Notes under the pieces: generated by a model
Databases searched by the model: none
What the model was told of the DNA's origin: nothing
The model's input: only the letters and a program-made list of their open reading frames with translations
Assembly (NCBI RefSeq): GCF_001194135.2
Contig: NC_068988.1
Span: 8,274,072-8,310,513 of the forward strand
DNA: 36,442 bases
Origin: Octopus bimaculoides
Taxonomy: Eukaryota
Direction: 5' to 3'
Position numbers and translations under genes: made by a program
Shown: in pieces, positions 1 to 12,108 of the stretch
Position numbering within the stretch: the first letter of the stretch is position 1
How the letters are laid out: each line of letters starts with the position of its first letter

Positions 1-41
<41 letters not shown>

Positions 42-751
42 GATATATATATATATATATATCTATAAAATTTTGTTTTATTCAACTCTGTGTGTGTGTT
101 TGTGTGTGTGTGTGTGCATAAATCTTTGCGCATTTTGAACATTATTTTTCTTGTGCATTTATATATGTGCGTATCTGTGTGTATATATATATGTGTGTGC
201 GTATTTGTATATATATGTATGTATATGCATACATACATACATGTATACATACATACAAGCATAGGTGTTTGTGTTACGTTAAAATGAATATCCAACTCTA
301 ATTTTATTTTATTTTATTGAGAATGTTTTGCAATTTTCTTATTAACCCTTTCGCTGTTTGTTTAGAATCATTGACAAAGCATCAATCCTATTGACTCTCC
401 TTTTTTACTATCATAAAATATCAGAGCAACACACACCACCAACAAGCACACCATCAAGAAGTTAAGACATTGAACGTCTAGAAACATCGATAGCAGACCT
501 AGGAAGTTTAATGTTGTAAACAAACCGAGGGAGTCTTGTGGGGAAAATATGTTGAAAATCAATAGTAAGAAAGTGAAACTTGAGAAATTTCATGTTTTCA
601 ATATAGCAGGTTTTTAAGAAAAATCTATTCCATATGTATATGTGCGTCTGCCTATATAAGTGTGTATATAATATGCATATATATGTGCGTGCATGTATGT
701 ATATATAATAGACAGACAGATAGACAGATAGATAGATAGATTTGCGTATAA

Positions 752-801
<50 letters not shown>

Positions 802-1122
802 TTGTACATATAAATGAGTAACAAAGATGCACAGGTATCAGTTCATTACGGCCGTTTCAAGCGACTCCTTTTAGTGATTTGTATCTTGTGTTCTCGTGGT
901 TCTAAGTTGTCCTCCATTCAAATTACAGTTCTTGAAAAGTTAAACTTGTTTAAAAGTTCCTGGTTCCTTAGTCTATGGTGGTTTTGCCGTATCTATTACA
1001 CCGTATATTAATATTACGTGATTTCCTTTTAGTGGGATTCTGATTCTGATAAAGATTATATTTGTTTAGAGGTTTCAGGTTTCTGGAAGATTTGGCTCAT
1101 ATATATATATATATATATATAT

Positions 1123-1360
1123 AATGCAAATAATTAGAAAATGGAGAAAACCACAGATTAACAAAGACATCGGTTGGACAACATTTATAGCTTATTTATT
1201 AACGCAAAGCATGACATAACAAAATAGGTGACGTAACATATCTTAGATATGTCACCTATTTTGTTATGTCATGCTTTGTATTAAAAAATAAGCTATAAAT
1301 ATGGTCCAACCGATGTGTTGGTCAATCTGTGGTTTTCTCCATTTTCTAATTATTTACATT
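1123..1360. repeat. ~240 bp fold-back (palindromic) element next to (TA)n
   Basis: The ~110-bp arms (from 1123 and to 1360) are reverse complements with 9 mismatches. The central mini-hairpin is ACATATC-TTA-GATATGT. Confidence 0.85.
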
Positions 1361-1599
1361 GGTTCCTGATAAATTCTTGTTTATCCTGTTGTTATCTGCA
1401 CTCTACGCGTATGGTGTGCCTGCACACCAATCGCCCGGGGATAATACAGGTAACGGATACCGATAGTATATACGGATATTTTTATCCCTTAGTCGGTTAC
1501 TATAACCGCTAACTCTGTTTACACTATAAAAGTCACATTGGTGCATGAGAGGGTTTGATGCAGCTGCTCTCATCTGCACCTCCTGCCGCGAAGTTGGGA

Positions 1600-1740
1600 G
1601 TCCTTGGCATTATGCAATGGCGTCCAGTTCTTTTATTTGTGTAACTTTCGATGCCAAAGTTTGGGACAATTCCTTCGAGGATCTTCCAGATGTATATTAT
1701 GGCATATCTTTCTCGCCTACGCTCTAAGGAATAGAGTTTG
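1600..1740 (-). mobile_element. CR1/L2-superfamily LINE ORF2 C-terminal fragment
   Basis: The minus strand translates to KLYSLERRRERYAIIYIWKILEGIVPNFGIESYTNKRTGRHCIMP, matching the SLERRR..Y.WKIL.G motif downstream of the RT domain in CR1-like LINEs. Confidence 0.75.
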
Positions 1741-2042
1741 TATAAATATTAACAAGAAGAATGGAGTTAGCAACTCGTTTTATTGCATAAATTTACAATT
1801 GTTATATCGACACTTTAGCGGAAGTTTATTGGGGGAATATCATTATGTAATATATGAAATTATGCATCGAAACAGTTTATTTCCATTGCAATGCTGGAGA
1901 ATATCGACTCTTTAGATCGATGTATAAATCGAATTCGTATATAATATAATAATATTCCAGCAATAAACTTCAAGGAAAGCTACAATGAAACAGTCTTAGA
2001 ATTATACGATAAAGCCAGTTGCTGATTCTAATCTCTTCGTAA

Positions 2043-2077
<35 letters not shown>

Positions 2078-2573
2078 CAAGGCGAATTCTGAAAAAAACT
2101 TCTTTCATTTACTAGTTAATCAATTCATATCGTAAAAAATCCATAGAGTAATATATTTAAAAGGATTAATTCAAATAACTATTATATACATAATTCAGTA
2201 ATAGACTTTATTATTCGTTTGTATAATAAATCATTTCTTCATTATTTCCCCTGCTTGATATTGCCGAAGAAATGATTGATGTAGATTATATAAACTTATA
2301 AAAAACCTTATTAAAACATGTGTACAATGGTTCTTAAAATAAATCCTTTTAATATTTTATGTATACAGACACTTACTATTTCTCTCCGTTTTTTTTTTTT
2401 TCCTCTATCCATCTGTTTTCTTTCTTCGTTTCTTTCTGTGGAAGAGCATAGGCTTGAAACGTCAAAGATTTCTTCCATTTTTTCCTGAGCGTCGAACTAA
2501 TAATACACGCTATTTGTTGTTCCCTTGTCTGTCTCTGTCTTCCGTTTTTTTTGGTTTTTGTACAATTTCGAAC

Positions 2574-2625
<52 letters not shown>

Positions 2626-2699
2626 CATACACACACACATAGGTGTGTGTGTATGTATATATATATACGTGTATGTGTGTGTGTGTATCTGTGATTATT

Positions 2700-3300
2700 C
2701 AATTAAAATTCAAAATTTCTCGTCAATAGAGAAAGACTCGGTTTCTAACCTAGATCCAAAGTTCCTTCATTGGAATTTCAACATCAACAACAGAGTATGT
2801 TTGTACGTACGTACGTATGTATGTATGTATGTATGTATGTATCATGTGCAGATTTGTATGTCTTGCTTTATGTATGTATTCTCATTCATATAATTGCATA
2901 TCTGGACATGCTGATATATATTTAAATGATAAACTTCTAGAAAGTTTTACAGATTTTTACAGTTCCAGTGATAGATTGGATCTGCAGTCTTCGAATCAGC
3001 TTCCCCCTTACTGGTTTTGAGAAGCCTAATTTCTCAAGATTGGTATTTAGGCAGTGTGTTACATAACCCAGGGCCCCAATAATTACAGGTATAAACCTGA
3101 ACTTGTAATCTGGATAAAGTAATTGTAGATTTCTCAATAGTTCAGCATAGGTGTTCTCTTTTTCACTGATCTTCAGCTTTATGCTAACATCCGCTGGGCA
3201 GCTAATTTCCACAACTGTGCACTGTTTCTCTTCTCTATCCTTAATCATTATATCAGGTCTGTTGTGCTTACATTTTATTGAGGTCTTCACCGGTGTTCCT
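2700..3300 (-). mobile_element. 5'-truncated RLE-clade non-LTR retrotransposon (restriction-like endonuclease end plus 3' UTR)
   Basis: ORF 2937-3290 has NRPDIMIKD...VVEISCPAD...EKENTY..L...PVIIGALG, a PD-(D/E)xK RLE motif. It is followed by a 3' UTR with an internal (TACA)n. Confidence 0.85.
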
Positions 3301-3392
3301 TTTTATTATGGGTAGCTAGGACATCTACCATACTGTACGCTCTTATTTCTTATCTCTTATACATGTATGTATGTATATACAACACCACTCTT

Positions 3393-3436
<44 letters not shown>

Positions 3437-3469
3437 GCACCTTTTTATCTGTTTTCTCTCTTTTTTTAG

Positions 3470-3550
3470 GTGGTGAAAGAGTGAAGTGCAAGCACAAGGA
3501 AGGCGGTGATCATAAAAACCGGTTCGATCTGGATTTAAAAGACATAGAAG
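3470..3550 (+). CDS. PDE7: PDE7 exon (window exon 1), N-terminal region: (G)GERVKCKHKEGGDHKNRFDLDLKDIE(G)
   Basis: Long pyrimidine tract ending TTTTTTTAG (3468-69); donor GTAAAT at 3551. The exon is 81 nt, phase 1/1, and joins in frame to 12109. Similarity to the vertebrate GDVRVR.. exon is only weak. Confidence 0.7.
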
Positions 3551-3752
3551 GTAAATGAACTTTCGATATTTCGTTGTTTTAATCAATATTTTGAAAGAGA
3601 TCCGACACGGTTTTCGATTTCTAATCGAAGCCTCTTAATCCAATAACGAACAACAGACTAGAAAATGAGAGTGACTTTCAACTTGGTCGCTTGACATTCT
3701 AGGTATAGCAGCCAAATCTCCTTCAAATCGCATCATACTGTTTTATAAAGAT

Positions 3753-4105
3753 GCGCATGGCTGTGTGGTTAAGAAGTTCGCTTTGCATCCACGAGGTTTC
3801 AGGTTCGGTCCCACTGCGCGGTACCTTGTGAGTGCATTTGGTAGATGGAAACTACATGGAATTCCATCGTGTGTGTGTTTCTGTGTGTGGAGGTGTATCT
3901 ATGTGCTTACGATTGTCTCCTCCACCACTTGACAACAGGTATTGGTTTGTTTAAGCTTCCATAACTTAGCGGTTCGGCAAAAGCGTTCCGCTAGAGTATA
4001 TAACAGACTTTAAAAAACAAGTGCTGGCGTCGATACGTTCGATCACACCTTACAAGGCGATGCTGTAGCACGGCCACAGTTCTACAAATGAAACAAGGAA
4101 AATAA
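3753..4105 (+). mobile_element. SINE family C, degenerate full-length copy
   Basis: tRNA-like head GGCTGTGTGGTTAAGAAG..GGTTCGGTCCC, internal (GT)n, and the diagnostic ATAACTTAGCGGTTCGGCAAAAG shared with 16520 and 27205. Confidence 0.75.
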
Positions 4106-4420
4106 GTAACAGACGAGAATAGGGTGGGATGGCCACACAGGAACACATTTGATCACAGGGTTGTCTAACAGGAGCTGAGCTGAGCAGAGGCTAAACAACA
4201 GCAATAAAAATAATCATGAAAGAGTTTCTACGTGATGCTGTAAGGGCTTTCATGCCCTTACTAAATGTATTAAACGTGTGGTAGTTTTCTACGACCGAAA
4301 ATGCAGTAAACGATGGATCCTCTACGTGTCACACGACGTGTCAGATACAGCAGTCGATTCTTACTCAAATCACATCCTACCGTCTTAAATATATCTGTGT
4401 GTGTGTGTGTGTGTGTGTGT

Positions 4421-4622
4421 GGTGCAATGGCCCAGTGGTTAGGGCAGCGGACTCGCGGTCATAGGATCGCGGTTTCGATTCCCACACCGGGCGTTGTGAG
4501 TGTTTATTGAGCGAAAACACCTAAAGCTCCACGAGGCTCCGGCAGTGGCGGGGCGAACCCTACTGTATTCTTTCACCACAACTTTCTCTCATTCTTTCTT
4601 CTTGTTTCTGTTGTGCCTGTAT
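4421..4622 (+). mobile_element. tRNA-derived SINE family A, 3'-truncated copy
   Basis: Head GGTGCAATGGCCCAGTGGTTAGGGCAGCGGACTCGCGGTCATAGGATCGCGGTTTCGATTCCC (A- and B-box-like); same family as 6811. Confidence 0.9.
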
Positions 4623-4875
4623 TTGTACCTGTATAATAAATTTCCTAGAAACAGCTGTAAGACATTCTATTTATAAATGTTCTACATTATACACAGCCTT
4701 GGTCTTTTATCTCATTACGAACAGTAAATCCTTATATTCACACGCTGATATATGACCTACGTTGGACCCCTTATTCATATAATCACCGAACCTGGAGCTT
4801 AACTGTAGTCTATCCATAGCACTTACTCAGCATTACCTGAAACTTCTGGGTCTAATTGACACCACTATCCCTCAT

Positions 4876-5871
4876 NNNNNNNNNNNNNNNNNNNNNNNNN
4901 NNNNNNNNNNNNNNNNNNNNNNNNNNNNNNNNNNNNNNNNNNNNNNNNNNNNNNNNNNNNNNNNNNNNNNNNNNNNNNNNNNNNNNNNNNNNNNNNNNNN
5001 NNNNNNNNNNNNNNNNNNNNNNNNNNNNNNNNNNNNNNNNNNNNNNNNNNNNNNNNNNNNNNNNNNNNNNNNNNNNNNNNNNNNNNNNNNNNNNNNNNNN
5101 NNNNNNNNNNNNNNNNNNNNNNNNNNNNNNNNNNNNNNNNNNNNNNNNNNNNNNNNNNNNNNNNNNNNNNNNNNNNNNNNNNNNNNNNNNNNNNNNNNNN
5201 NNNNNNNNNNNNNNNNNNNNNNNNNNNNNNNNNNNNNNNNNNNNNNNNNNNNNNNNNNNNNNNNNNNNNNNNNNNNNNNNNNNNNNNNNNNNNNNNNNNN
5301 NNNNNNNNNNNNNNNNNNNNNNNNNNNNNNNNNNNNNNNNNNNNNNNNNNNNNNNNNNNNNNNNNNNNNNNNNNNNNNNNNNNNNNNNNNNNNNNNNNNN
5401 NNNNNNNNNNNNNNNNNNNNNNNNNNNNNNNNNNNNNNNNNNNNNNNNNNNNNNNNNNNNNNNNNNNNNNNNNNNNNNNNNNNNNNNNNNNNNNNNNNNN
5501 NNNNNNNNNNNNNNNNNNNNNNNNNNNNNNNNNNNNNNNNNNNNNNNNNNNNNNNNNNNNNNNNNNNNNNNNNNNNNNNNNNNNNNNNNNNNNNNNNNNN
5601 NNNNNNNNNNNNNNNNNNNNNNNNNNNNNNNNNNNNNNNNNNNNNNNNNNNNNNNNNNNNNNNNNNNNNNNNNNNNNNNNNNNNNNNNNNNNNNNNNNNN
5701 NNNNNNNNNNNNNNNNNNNNNNNNNNNNNNNNNNNNNNNNNNNNNNNNNNNNNNNNNNNNNNNNNNNNNNNNNNNNNNNNNNNNNNNNNNNNNNNNNNNN
5801 NNNNNNNNNNNNNNNNNNNNNNNNNNNNNNNNNNNNNNNNNNNNNNNNNNNNNNNNNNNNNNNNNNNNNNN
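4876..5871. other. Assembly gap, one of ten (others: 8018-8260, 9307-9669, 10968-11298, 14352-14494, 14900-15784, 19997-20557, 24586-24837, 30508-31447, 35667-35766)
   Basis: Runs of N; most abut microsatellites or repeats. Confidence 1.
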
Positions 5872-5907
<36 letters not shown>

Positions 5908-6249
5908 CACACATACAATGCACGAAAGCAAACTGCTCGTCTGACTTTCGCTCACGAAACTTTAACGTGTGTGTGTCTCTCTCTCTGAACATCTGATCAT
6001 GTGGACGTGTTCTACGTCCACGAAACTTTACATTATGTAGAGCTGAGTCAAACTGTTGCTAAATATATATAACTGCAACCAAATGTGTTGAGCCCTACTT
6101 TCGTTTGCACTCTAATCAGTGTATCTGTATGCGTGTGTGTGTATATATATATATACATATATATAGAGATAGATAGATAGATACATACATACATATATAC
6201 ATGCATGTATGCATGCATGCACACATACATACATACATACATGCACAAA

Positions 6250-6335
6250 TACCCTGTTGTTGATGTTGAAATTCAAATTGAAGGAGCCTTGGATCTAGGT
6301 TAGAAACTGGTTCTTTCTCTATTAGCAAGAAAACT
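6250..6335 (+). mobile_element. Isolated 3'-terminal piece of the same RLE LINE family
   Basis: CTGTTGTTGATGTTGAAATT..GAAGGA..TTGGATCTAGGTTAGAAAC..TCTTTCTCTATT is the reverse complement of ~2715-2795, and it also follows (TACA)n. Confidence 0.75.
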
Positions 6336-6810
6336 AATTAATGACATTCATTCATACATACATGCACGCATACATACATACATACATACATACATACATG
6401 CACGCGCGTGCACACATGCACACTTATATATTGGTCTTCCGCTCATAAATTTTACTCGCATATGATTGGTCGGTCATAGACTGTTATAGAAGACACTTGA
6501 CCTAGATGCCTTCAAAAGGATGGAACTTGAGACCGCATGGTTACAAAATAAAGTTACCACACAGCTGGTTCTGGAGCGGATTCCTTAAAGGATGTACAAT
6601 GGCCAGATTGTGACCTTAAACCGAACATCTGGTCAAGTCTATTACCTAAAAATACAGCATCCTGTTTTTAAAAAATATCAGGTATTTCACGCTTCGATCA
6701 TCATTAACCATGGACATCGTCTCAATCAAAGCTAACCCGCAGTTAAAGAAGTACAAAAGGAAGTGTTTCTCTCATACATGTACACAGATATAGATCCTGT
6801 ACATAATAAA

Positions 6811-7180
6811 GGAGGCACAATAGCCCAATGGTTAGCGCAGCGGACTCGCGGTCATAGGATCGCGGTTTCGATTCCCAGACCAGGCGTTGTGAGTGTTTAT
6901 TGAGCGAAAACACCTAAAGCAGGGGATGGTGGCGAACCCTGCTGTACTCTTTCACCACAACTTTCTCTCACTCTTACTTCCTGTTTCTGTTGTGCCTGTA
7001 ATTCATCGGGTCAGCCTTGTCACACTGTGTCACGCTGAATATCCCCCGAAGAACTACGTTAAGGGTACACGTGTCTGTGGAGTGCTCAGCCACTTGCACG
7101 TTAATTTCACGAGCAGGCTGTTCCATTGATCGGATCAACTGGAACCCTCGTCGTCGTAACCGACGGAGTGCCAACCAACC
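6811..7180 (+). mobile_element. SINE family A, full copy with 10-bp TSD
   Basis: TSD ACATAATAAA at 6801-6810 and 7181-7190. The tRNA(Arg)-like head could correspond to the described octopus OR-type SINEs (unverified). Confidence 0.92.
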
Positions 7181-7733
7181 ACATAATAAAATGGATTCAA
7201 TATGACTCAATAGACAATTGACTGAAATTTCAGAAAGTAGCTAATGGCGGGAGCCTTTATCTTGCCCGATCTGTTAAAAGTAGCAGTTAAATTTCCTTCA
7301 GTTTATATTTTAGTCTTTAAGAATGAGACGACATGTCCGCCAATATAGTCAAATAAAAAAGATTTTTCTCGGATGTCGTCTACAAACCAGAGCTCGCGCT
7401 TGGCGCCATGTTTACTGAATATTTTATTTAGAAATAATAATAATTGTTGTAAACCCAAACTGGAATGTCTAAGTTTAAAAGGTTTTAATCAACTAGGAAT
7501 ACAGTAATCTACAATACAAAGATTGTTAAATTGTAAGCAAAACTAAAACTTGAACGCAATAACAGTTTTATGCAGCGAGTGGCTAGAGTCTCGACTAACT
7601 ATAAGCCAACGCTCTGAACACGTTGTGCCGTAAACAGAACAGAACTCTGCGCAGTCGCATTACAGGCAAATAACAGCAATCGAGACAATCAAAGTCACGT
7701 GATCAAAACTAAAATCACAACAACAACAACAAC

Positions 7734-7766
<33 letters not shown>

Positions 7767-7768
<2 letters not shown>

Positions 7769-8610
7769 ACTTTCAATACAGTAACCATAAGAGCATCACA
7801 GCAAACCACAGCACATACCGAAGGCACACAGAGCTGCGTTCGGTAGTGAAGTGAAAGCACGTTATAAAAATAAAACTACTGAACAATAATAATAATATGC
7901 CAACACTATGGAATAACAACAGAAAAAAGATGGTATAAACACACGCCAGAAAAGGTGACAGAAAACGAGAAAGCAACCATACTCTGGGATATGCCAATAC
8001 ACACAGATAGAGAAATTNNNNNNNNNNNNNNNNNNNNNNNNNNNNNNNNNNNNNNNNNNNNNNNNNNNNNNNNNNNNNNNNNNNNNNNNNNNNNNNNNNN
8101 NNNNNNNNNNNNNNNNNNNNNNNNNNNNNNNNNNNNNNNNNNNNNNNNNNNNNNNNNNNNNNNNNNNNNNNNNNNNNNNNNNNNNNNNNNNNNNNNNNNN
8201 NNNNNNNNNNNNNNNNNNNNNNNNNNNNNNNNNNNNNNNNNNNNNNNNNNNNNNNNNNNNCAGATGACAACGTTTCCCTAAAAGAAATGGAAAAACTTTC
8301 AAAATACAAAGACCTGGAAATAGAGATAACTCGAATGTGGAATCTAAAAACAGAAACAATTCCTATCATAGTAGGTGCCTTAGGTATAATAAAAAAATAT
8401 TCAGACAAATACATAACAAAAACACCAGGACTTACAAATATATATAACATACAGAAAATTGCACTACTGAGCACTGCACACATCCTACGCAAAACACTTT
8501 CAAAACAGTAAACATAAGAGCACCACAGCAAACCACAGCACATACCCAAGGCACAAAGTGATGCGCTCGGTAGTGAAGTGAAAGCACGCTATAAAAGTAA
8601 AACTACTGAA
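7767..8610 (+). mobile_element. Two tandem 5'-truncated R4/Dong-like RLE LINE copies embedded in (AAT)n
   Basis: 7896-8017 encodes CQHYGITTEKRWYKHTPEKVTENEKATILWDMPIHTDREI. After the gap, 8261-8511 encodes ..KEMEKLSKYKDLEIEITRMWNLKTETIPIIVGALG..LRKTLSKQ*. The same 3' UTR occurs twice (7767-7883 and ~8495-8610), each followed by (AAT)n. Confidence 0.85.
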
Positions 8611-9108
8611 TAATAATAATAATAATAATGATAAATACTCTCGTAATTTTATGACTTGTCTTTATCCCGATTCATTTATCAGTTTATTACAATATAAATA
8701 AGCTTTATTATTATTTGAAGTTGCCTTAGTAATTAAAATGTCTTTATTCTGTTCAGTTTGAGTGCATTTATACCGCAAATGAATAATACTGTACAATACT
8801 TGCGCTAAACAGTGTTCACGTAACACTGGTAGAGGCATTTAATATGTATGTGTCGTGTTTGATGTGTATATACGCTCTCTTAATCTAACTCATGATTATA
8901 ATTTGAGAAAAATAATCATATACCCTACTAGGCAAGGCCTATGAGCACACTATATCGGTATCCGTAGGGGTTCAAAACTTAAGTTCAACCAACCATAGAA
9001 ATATATAGAAATCAGGATTTTGTTGGTGGACAGAGATTCAACCTAAATTATTCCTGTGATTCACGACTTGTAATCGAGGATATACCCTGTGTATATATGG
9101 TACAACCG

Positions 9109-9246
9109 TACATTATTTACATTTGACGGATATTTGTTCTCATCTTGTTTGTTGCTAACACGTTTCGGCTGATATACCCTCCAGCCTTCATCAGGAATCC
9201 TGGGGAAATTTCGAACCTGGGTTCTCATTCCTAAGGTATTTTGCGA

Positions 9247-9287
<41 letters not shown>

Positions 9288-10103
9288 GGAATGAGAACCC
9301 AGGTTCNNNNNNNNNNNNNNNNNNNNNNNNNNNNNNNNNNNNNNNNNNNNNNNNNNNNNNNNNNNNNNNNNNNNNNNNNNNNNNNNNNNNNNNNNNNNNN
9401 NNNNNNNNNNNNNNNNNNNNNNNNNNNNNNNNNNNNNNNNNNNNNNNNNNNNNNNNNNNNNNNNNNNNNNNNNNNNNNNNNNNNNNNNNNNNNNNNNNNN
9501 NNNNNNNNNNNNNNNNNNNNNNNNNNNNNNNNNNNNNNNNNNNNNNNNNNNNNNNNNNNNNNNNNNNNNNNNNNNNNNNNNNNNNNNNNNNNNNNNNNNN
9601 NNNNNNNNNNNNNNNNNNNNNNNNNNNNNNNNNNNNNNNNNNNNNNNNNNNNNNNNNNNNNNNNNNNNNCTCAGGCAGGTGATGGTGGCGAACCCTGCTG
9701 TACTCTTTCACCACAACTTTCTCTCACTCTTACTTCCTATTTCTGCTGTGCCTGTAATTCAAAGGGTCAGCCTTGTCACACTGTGTCATGCTGAATATCC
9801 CCGAGAACTACGTTAAGGGTACACGTGTCTGTGGAGTGCTCAGCCACTTGCACGTTAATTTCACGAACAGGCTGTTCCGTTGATCGGATCAACTGGAAAC
9901 CTCGACGTCGTAAGCGACGGAGTGCCAACAAATTATTATTATTATTAGGAATGAGAACCCAGGTTCGAAATTTCCCCAGGACACGTGATGAAGGCTGGTG
10001 GGTATATCAGCCGAAATGTTAACAACAAACAAGATGAGGGCAAATATCTGTCAAATGTAAATAATGTACATAATTCCTCATCTCTTAAATATAAAACTGC
10101 ATT
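9109..10103 (+). mobile_element. Palindromic hammerhead-motif element (family B), disrupted copy
   Basis: The left arm (9109-9250) is the reverse complement of the right arm (~9945-10068), followed by a tail at 10069-10103. A 9-bp direct repeat GTACAACCG lies at 9100-9108 and 10104-10112. The interior holds (TAT)n, a gap and a family A SINE. Confidence 0.85.
9670..9930 (+). mobile_element. SINE family A, 3' part after a gap, nested inside the palindromic element
   Basis: Matches 6920-7175. Confidence 0.9.
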
Positions 10104-10605
10104 GTACAACCGATTCCAAAACAAAAAATATCCAAATTCCAAAACATGTCTACTTCCCAAGGCTTTCGATAGAGACACAGGTACTTTGGTTCCAGCTGAA
10201 TGGCTTTTCATTAAAAGAAACTCGAACAGGGCAGATATCAAGCTAAACGTCATCAACAACAGCAACAACATGATGTCTATAACAAACTACCAGTAAAAAA
10301 AAAAAAAAAGGGAAATAGAAAAATTGAAATATACAAAACAGTAAAACAGGATTTTAGTTCAATTTCAGACATTGTCCTGCTTGAAAATGTTTTTACAGTT
10401 TCCTATTATCAAATCCACTGTGGTCGGTCCGAGTCTATGGTAGAAGGACGGAAACCGGATCCAGGTGGTCTGGAAGCAAAACTACTTACCAGACAGCCAC
10501 ACCAACGCCTATACTGCTTCGCCGATGAATTAGATTGCAATGAGCCTTTAAGGAGCTCATAAAGATAGAAACAACTGTTAAAATCAAATTTACATTAATC
10601 ATATA

Positions 10606-10658
<53 letters not shown>

Positions 10659-11299
10659 TTACACACGCATGCACGCGCACTCAGGGACACACACATTCGT
10701 TAAGATGCTCAGTTTTCAATTAAAACCTGGAGTTATATCTATATATATCTATATCTATCTATATATATATATAAATATACAGGGATTAGCAATTGAGTTG
10801 CTTCTCCAACATACTGAAAATTTAGAAATAGCAGTCAAAGAACTACTGATTCCAAACTACAAATTTTTCTCCAAAGCGGATGGCGATATTTATGGCACAC
10901 ATAGAACAAAAAACCGGAGGGAAAAGCGTAAACAAACCAAGCCTTTAGTTAATTGGATACGAATCGTNNNNNNNNNNNNNNNNNNNNNNNNNNNNNNNNN
11001 NNNNNNNNNNNNNNNNNNNNNNNNNNNNNNNNNNNNNNNNNNNNNNNNNNNNNNNNNNNNNNNNNNNNNNNNNNNNNNNNNNNNNNNNNNNNNNNNNNNN
11101 NNNNNNNNNNNNNNNNNNNNNNNNNNNNNNNNNNNNNNNNNNNNNNNNNNNNNNNNNNNNNNNNNNNNNNNNNNNNNNNNNNNNNNNNNNNNNNNNNNNN
11201 NNNNNNNNNNNNNNNNNNNNNNNNNNNNNNNNNNNNNNNNNNNNNNNNNNNNNNNNNNNNNNNNNNNNNNNNNNNNNNNNNNNNNNNNNNNNNNNNNNT

Positions 11300-11466
11300 A
11301 CACGATGAGCTTCTTTCAGTTTCCGTCTACCAAATCCACTCACAAGGCTTTGATCGACCCGAAGCTATAGTAGAAGACACTTGCCCAAGGTGCCACGCTG
11401 TGGGACTGAACCCGGAACCATGTGGTTGGTAAGCAAGCTTCTTACCACACAGCCACTCCTGCGCCT
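11300..11466 (-). mobile_element. SINE family C, 5' head (related fragments at ~6450-6565, ~10410-10505, ~18535-18625, ~19075-19130)
   Basis: Reverse complement reads GGCTGTGTGGTAAGAAGCTTGCTT..GGTTCAGTCCCACAGCGTGGCACCTTGGGCAAGTGTCTTCTACTATAGC. Confidence 0.8.
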
Positions 11467-11489
11467 ATCTATATGTGTGCATATATATG

Positions 11490-11976
11490 TGTGTGTGTGT
11501 GTGTGTGTATGTGTGTATGTATGTGCAGATTTGTATGTTTTATGTATGTCTTCTTATGCATATAGGTACATATCTAGACATGCTCATATATATTTAAATG
11601 ATAAATTTTTGGAAAGTTTTACAGATCTTTACAGTTCCAGTGATGAATTGGATCTATAGTCTTCGAATTAGCTTTCTCCTTTTTGGTTTTGCGAAGACTA
11701 ATTTCTCAAAATTGGTATTTAGGCAGTGTGTTACATATCCTAGGACCCCAATAATTACGTGTATAAACCTGAACTTGTAATCCGGATAGAGTAACTGCAG
11801 ATTTCTCAATAGTTCAGCATAGGTGTTCTCTTTTTCACTGATCTTCAGCTTTATGTTAACATCCGCTGGGCAGCTAATTTCCTCAACTGTGCACAATTTC
11901 TCTTCTCTATCCCAGATCATTATATCAGATCTGTTGTGCTTACATTTTATTGAGGTCTTCACTGGGACATTCCACC
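11490..11976 (-). mobile_element. Second copy of the same RLE LINE 3' end
   Basis: ORF 11654-11962 is nearly identical to 2937-3290 (NRSDIMIWDREEK...ISCPADV...EKENTYAELLRNLQLLYPDYKFRF). Confidence 0.85.
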
Positions 11977-12108
11977 GTTTGTTTGTAAAAGAGAATCAGA
12001 GAAAATGTGAAGTAGATCTCTTCGTAATATTTTAACAAAAATAAGTTTTTGTTCTAAGAACTACTTTGATCCAAATTCTTAAATGTTTATTTTCATTTCA
12101 TACTTCAG

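Noticed and set aside
1-3469. Upstream PDE7 exons with RRGAIS-type PKA pseudosubstrate motifs
   Set aside because: No such motif with splice signals was seen before 3470.
4852-5992. Long ORFs of 330-390 aa in the ORF track (also 14670-15911, 19574-20693, 30415-31546)
   Set aside because: They are artefacts of N-runs translated as X.
8287-8511. RLE ORFs (also 2937-3290 and 11654-11962) as host genes or functional nucleases
   Set aside because: They are 5'-truncated retrotransposon ends that lack the RT and a promoter, and they occur in several copies.
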